Positions 60,651-64,000 of a stretch of 64,000 nt of DNA are shown here, one piece after another. Position 1 is the stretch's first letter, and each line of letters begins with the position of its first letter. Source of the stretch: the human T2T-CHM13v2.0 reference genome, Homo sapiens. The notes beneath the pieces are model-generated. The model was given only the letters and a program-made list of their open reading frames with translations, was not told the DNA's origin and did not search any database. The translations under genes and the position numbers were made by a program. The stretch lies in NCBI RefSeq assembly GCF_009914755.1, contig NC_060933.1. One strand, given 5' to 3'.

Positions 60651-62335
60651 CCTCTACTTTTTGTGTTCACACTGTATGACCAGGGTAATAAACTTTGTAG
60701 CAACAAACTTTGCTTCTCTTTTACATCTTGACATTTTCAAACGTGCATATCATTTTCAGTTGTGGTGTTAGTTGTATTTAATTAATGACTTTTTTGTTGC
60801 GGTAGATCTGCTTCTGTGATTATGTTTGGTTGATATACTTTACTTTGTTACATCTTGAATACTCCAAAAAACCTTAAATCTGTTGTAAATATCTTCCACT
60901 CTCATTTCTTCTTTCAAAACTCTTTTTTGGCCCATCTATCCATCTTTGTCTTTGCTTTACAAAAGTCTTTACTTTAGCAAAAGAGAGTTTTTTATAGTAT
61001 GGATAATATGGATTTTGAGAATAATTATCTTTTCAGGGTTTTCTAATGAAGAGCAGAAAATGGCCACATCTAAATCCTCCTTCTCAGCTGCTGATAAGAT
61101 TAATATACTGATTAACACCTTTTCTAAGTTGGATTGGAGGTGAAAGTAATTCCATTTAGCAAAGCCTCATCCCATTTGCTGACATCTTCATTAACCTCAC
61201 TGATAAGGAAACCATTTCACAATACAAATTTCTCAAAGCTAGAGATTTTACCTTCACAGAGTCACCTAACAATACTAATTTGAAGTATGAAACATGCAGT
61301 TTAAATTGCCTCAATAAATTCACTATGCTCTATCCTCTTATTTTTCCTATTTAAAAGGTTGACAAAAGAAACCAGTTACTTCATACTCACTAATAAAGGT
61401 TGATTTTCAAAAGGACATTTCATATTTTCAGAAAAAGGGAGCAAAGGTAGAGATTAAAGTGAATGAAAGTGTCATCATAGCAAGGGGAAAACTAGTAGGT
61501 GAAAATCTGTGAAGGGAAGCAAATATAATTCTGTGTAGAGATTTATTAAACATATGAAAAAATGCTAGAGTTTTTTAAAAGTTGCATTCTAGGCATTCAC
61601 CCTTTCTTTATCACAATGCTTTTTATTAAAGTGAAACAATACTAATTTTTTATGTTTTACAATCAGTAAAATAAGACATTTGTTAATTGAATAACTGACT
61701 TTTATAAACCGCAAGACATTTCCTCAGCTTCATAGGACTTTCTGAATAGTGTTTATTATTCTTCATTGTGATTTCTTCAGTTAGTTAACTGTAATTTTTA
61801 ACAGGACTTCTAGAAATCTTCAGTCATATCCAGTGATGTGCAGGAATATATTTAACAACTGACTTTCATGTTTGTCAATTATCATTGTATAAATACTCCT
61901 ACATGACTGATTTAAGGCTAGAAATGTGACATCACTGAATAGAGTTGATTAGAAATATGCAGTAACACACCATTACATAGTGTTACAATATATATATATA
62001 TACAATTGTAGATAATATAACATTAAATCTTAGATAATAGGAACATAAGGTAAAATACTTAAGAAGTAATGATATCTCAGTATTTGTTACTTTTGTTTTT
62101 AATAATGTGTTTATAAATTTAATTTTTAATAAGTGGTTGTGTGTTTAACAACTGGCTTATGAAATTTAATATTTCCCAATCAGCTCTGCAGGAAAATGTT
62201 GGCCCTGTTTTAGCAAACTACTAGTATTTATCTGTGATCAAAAGAGACATCAGCACAATGTTTCAATAGTAGCTCAAAAGCTCCTTTTAAATCTCATGTT
62301 GAAGAAACCCAAGTTGACTCTATCTAGGTTTAAAT

Positions 62336-62506
62336 CAGAGGTTCCTAAACTGTAGCACATGTCAAAATCACCTAGAGGACTTGGCAAAATATACATTCTT
62401 TGACTTAACTCCCAGAGTATCCTGTGAGACTTAGCATTTGAATTTTTTATAAGTTCTCTGGTGATGGTGATACTTCAGATGCTAGGAACCACACTTTGAA
62501 AAACAG

Positions 62507-62509
<3 letters not shown>
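62336..62509. mobile_element. MER5A hAT-Charlie MITE
   Basis: CAGAGGTTCCTAAACT..AATCACCTAGAGGACTTG..ACCACACTTTGAAAAACAGTTG. Confidence 0.8.

Positions 62510-64000
<1,491 letters not shown>

Overview
Primate genomic DNA, hominoid by repeat content (L1PA2 and AluY present, no L1HS-Ta diagnostics seen). It is AT-rich and repeat-dense, consistent with a large intron or gene desert. I recognise no protein-coding gene, tRNA, rRNA or CRISPR array, and every long ORF in the track is decayed LINE-1 ORF1/ORF2, Alu or LTR sequence. The window holds a dead full-length L1PA8-like element, two 5'-inverted (twin-primed) L1s, several truncated young and ancient L1s, about 9 Alus, about 11 solo LTRs (MaLR/ERVL/ERV1), hAT/Tigger MITEs, MIR/L2 relics and microsatellites. 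I found no convincing novel biological system. The best unexplained signal is a repeat-free block at about 25.7-26.9 kb with dense SOX/POU/homeodomain motifs, two adjacent hairpins and a possible + strand exon. There are also unusually clear mutational fossils: a perfect 80-bp palindrome, a triplicated target site, a template-switch hairpin in an Alu, palindromic filler at an L1 deletion junction and a TSD-less L1PA2. Repeat subfamily names come from recalled consensus sequences and should be confirmed with RepeatMasker/Dfam.
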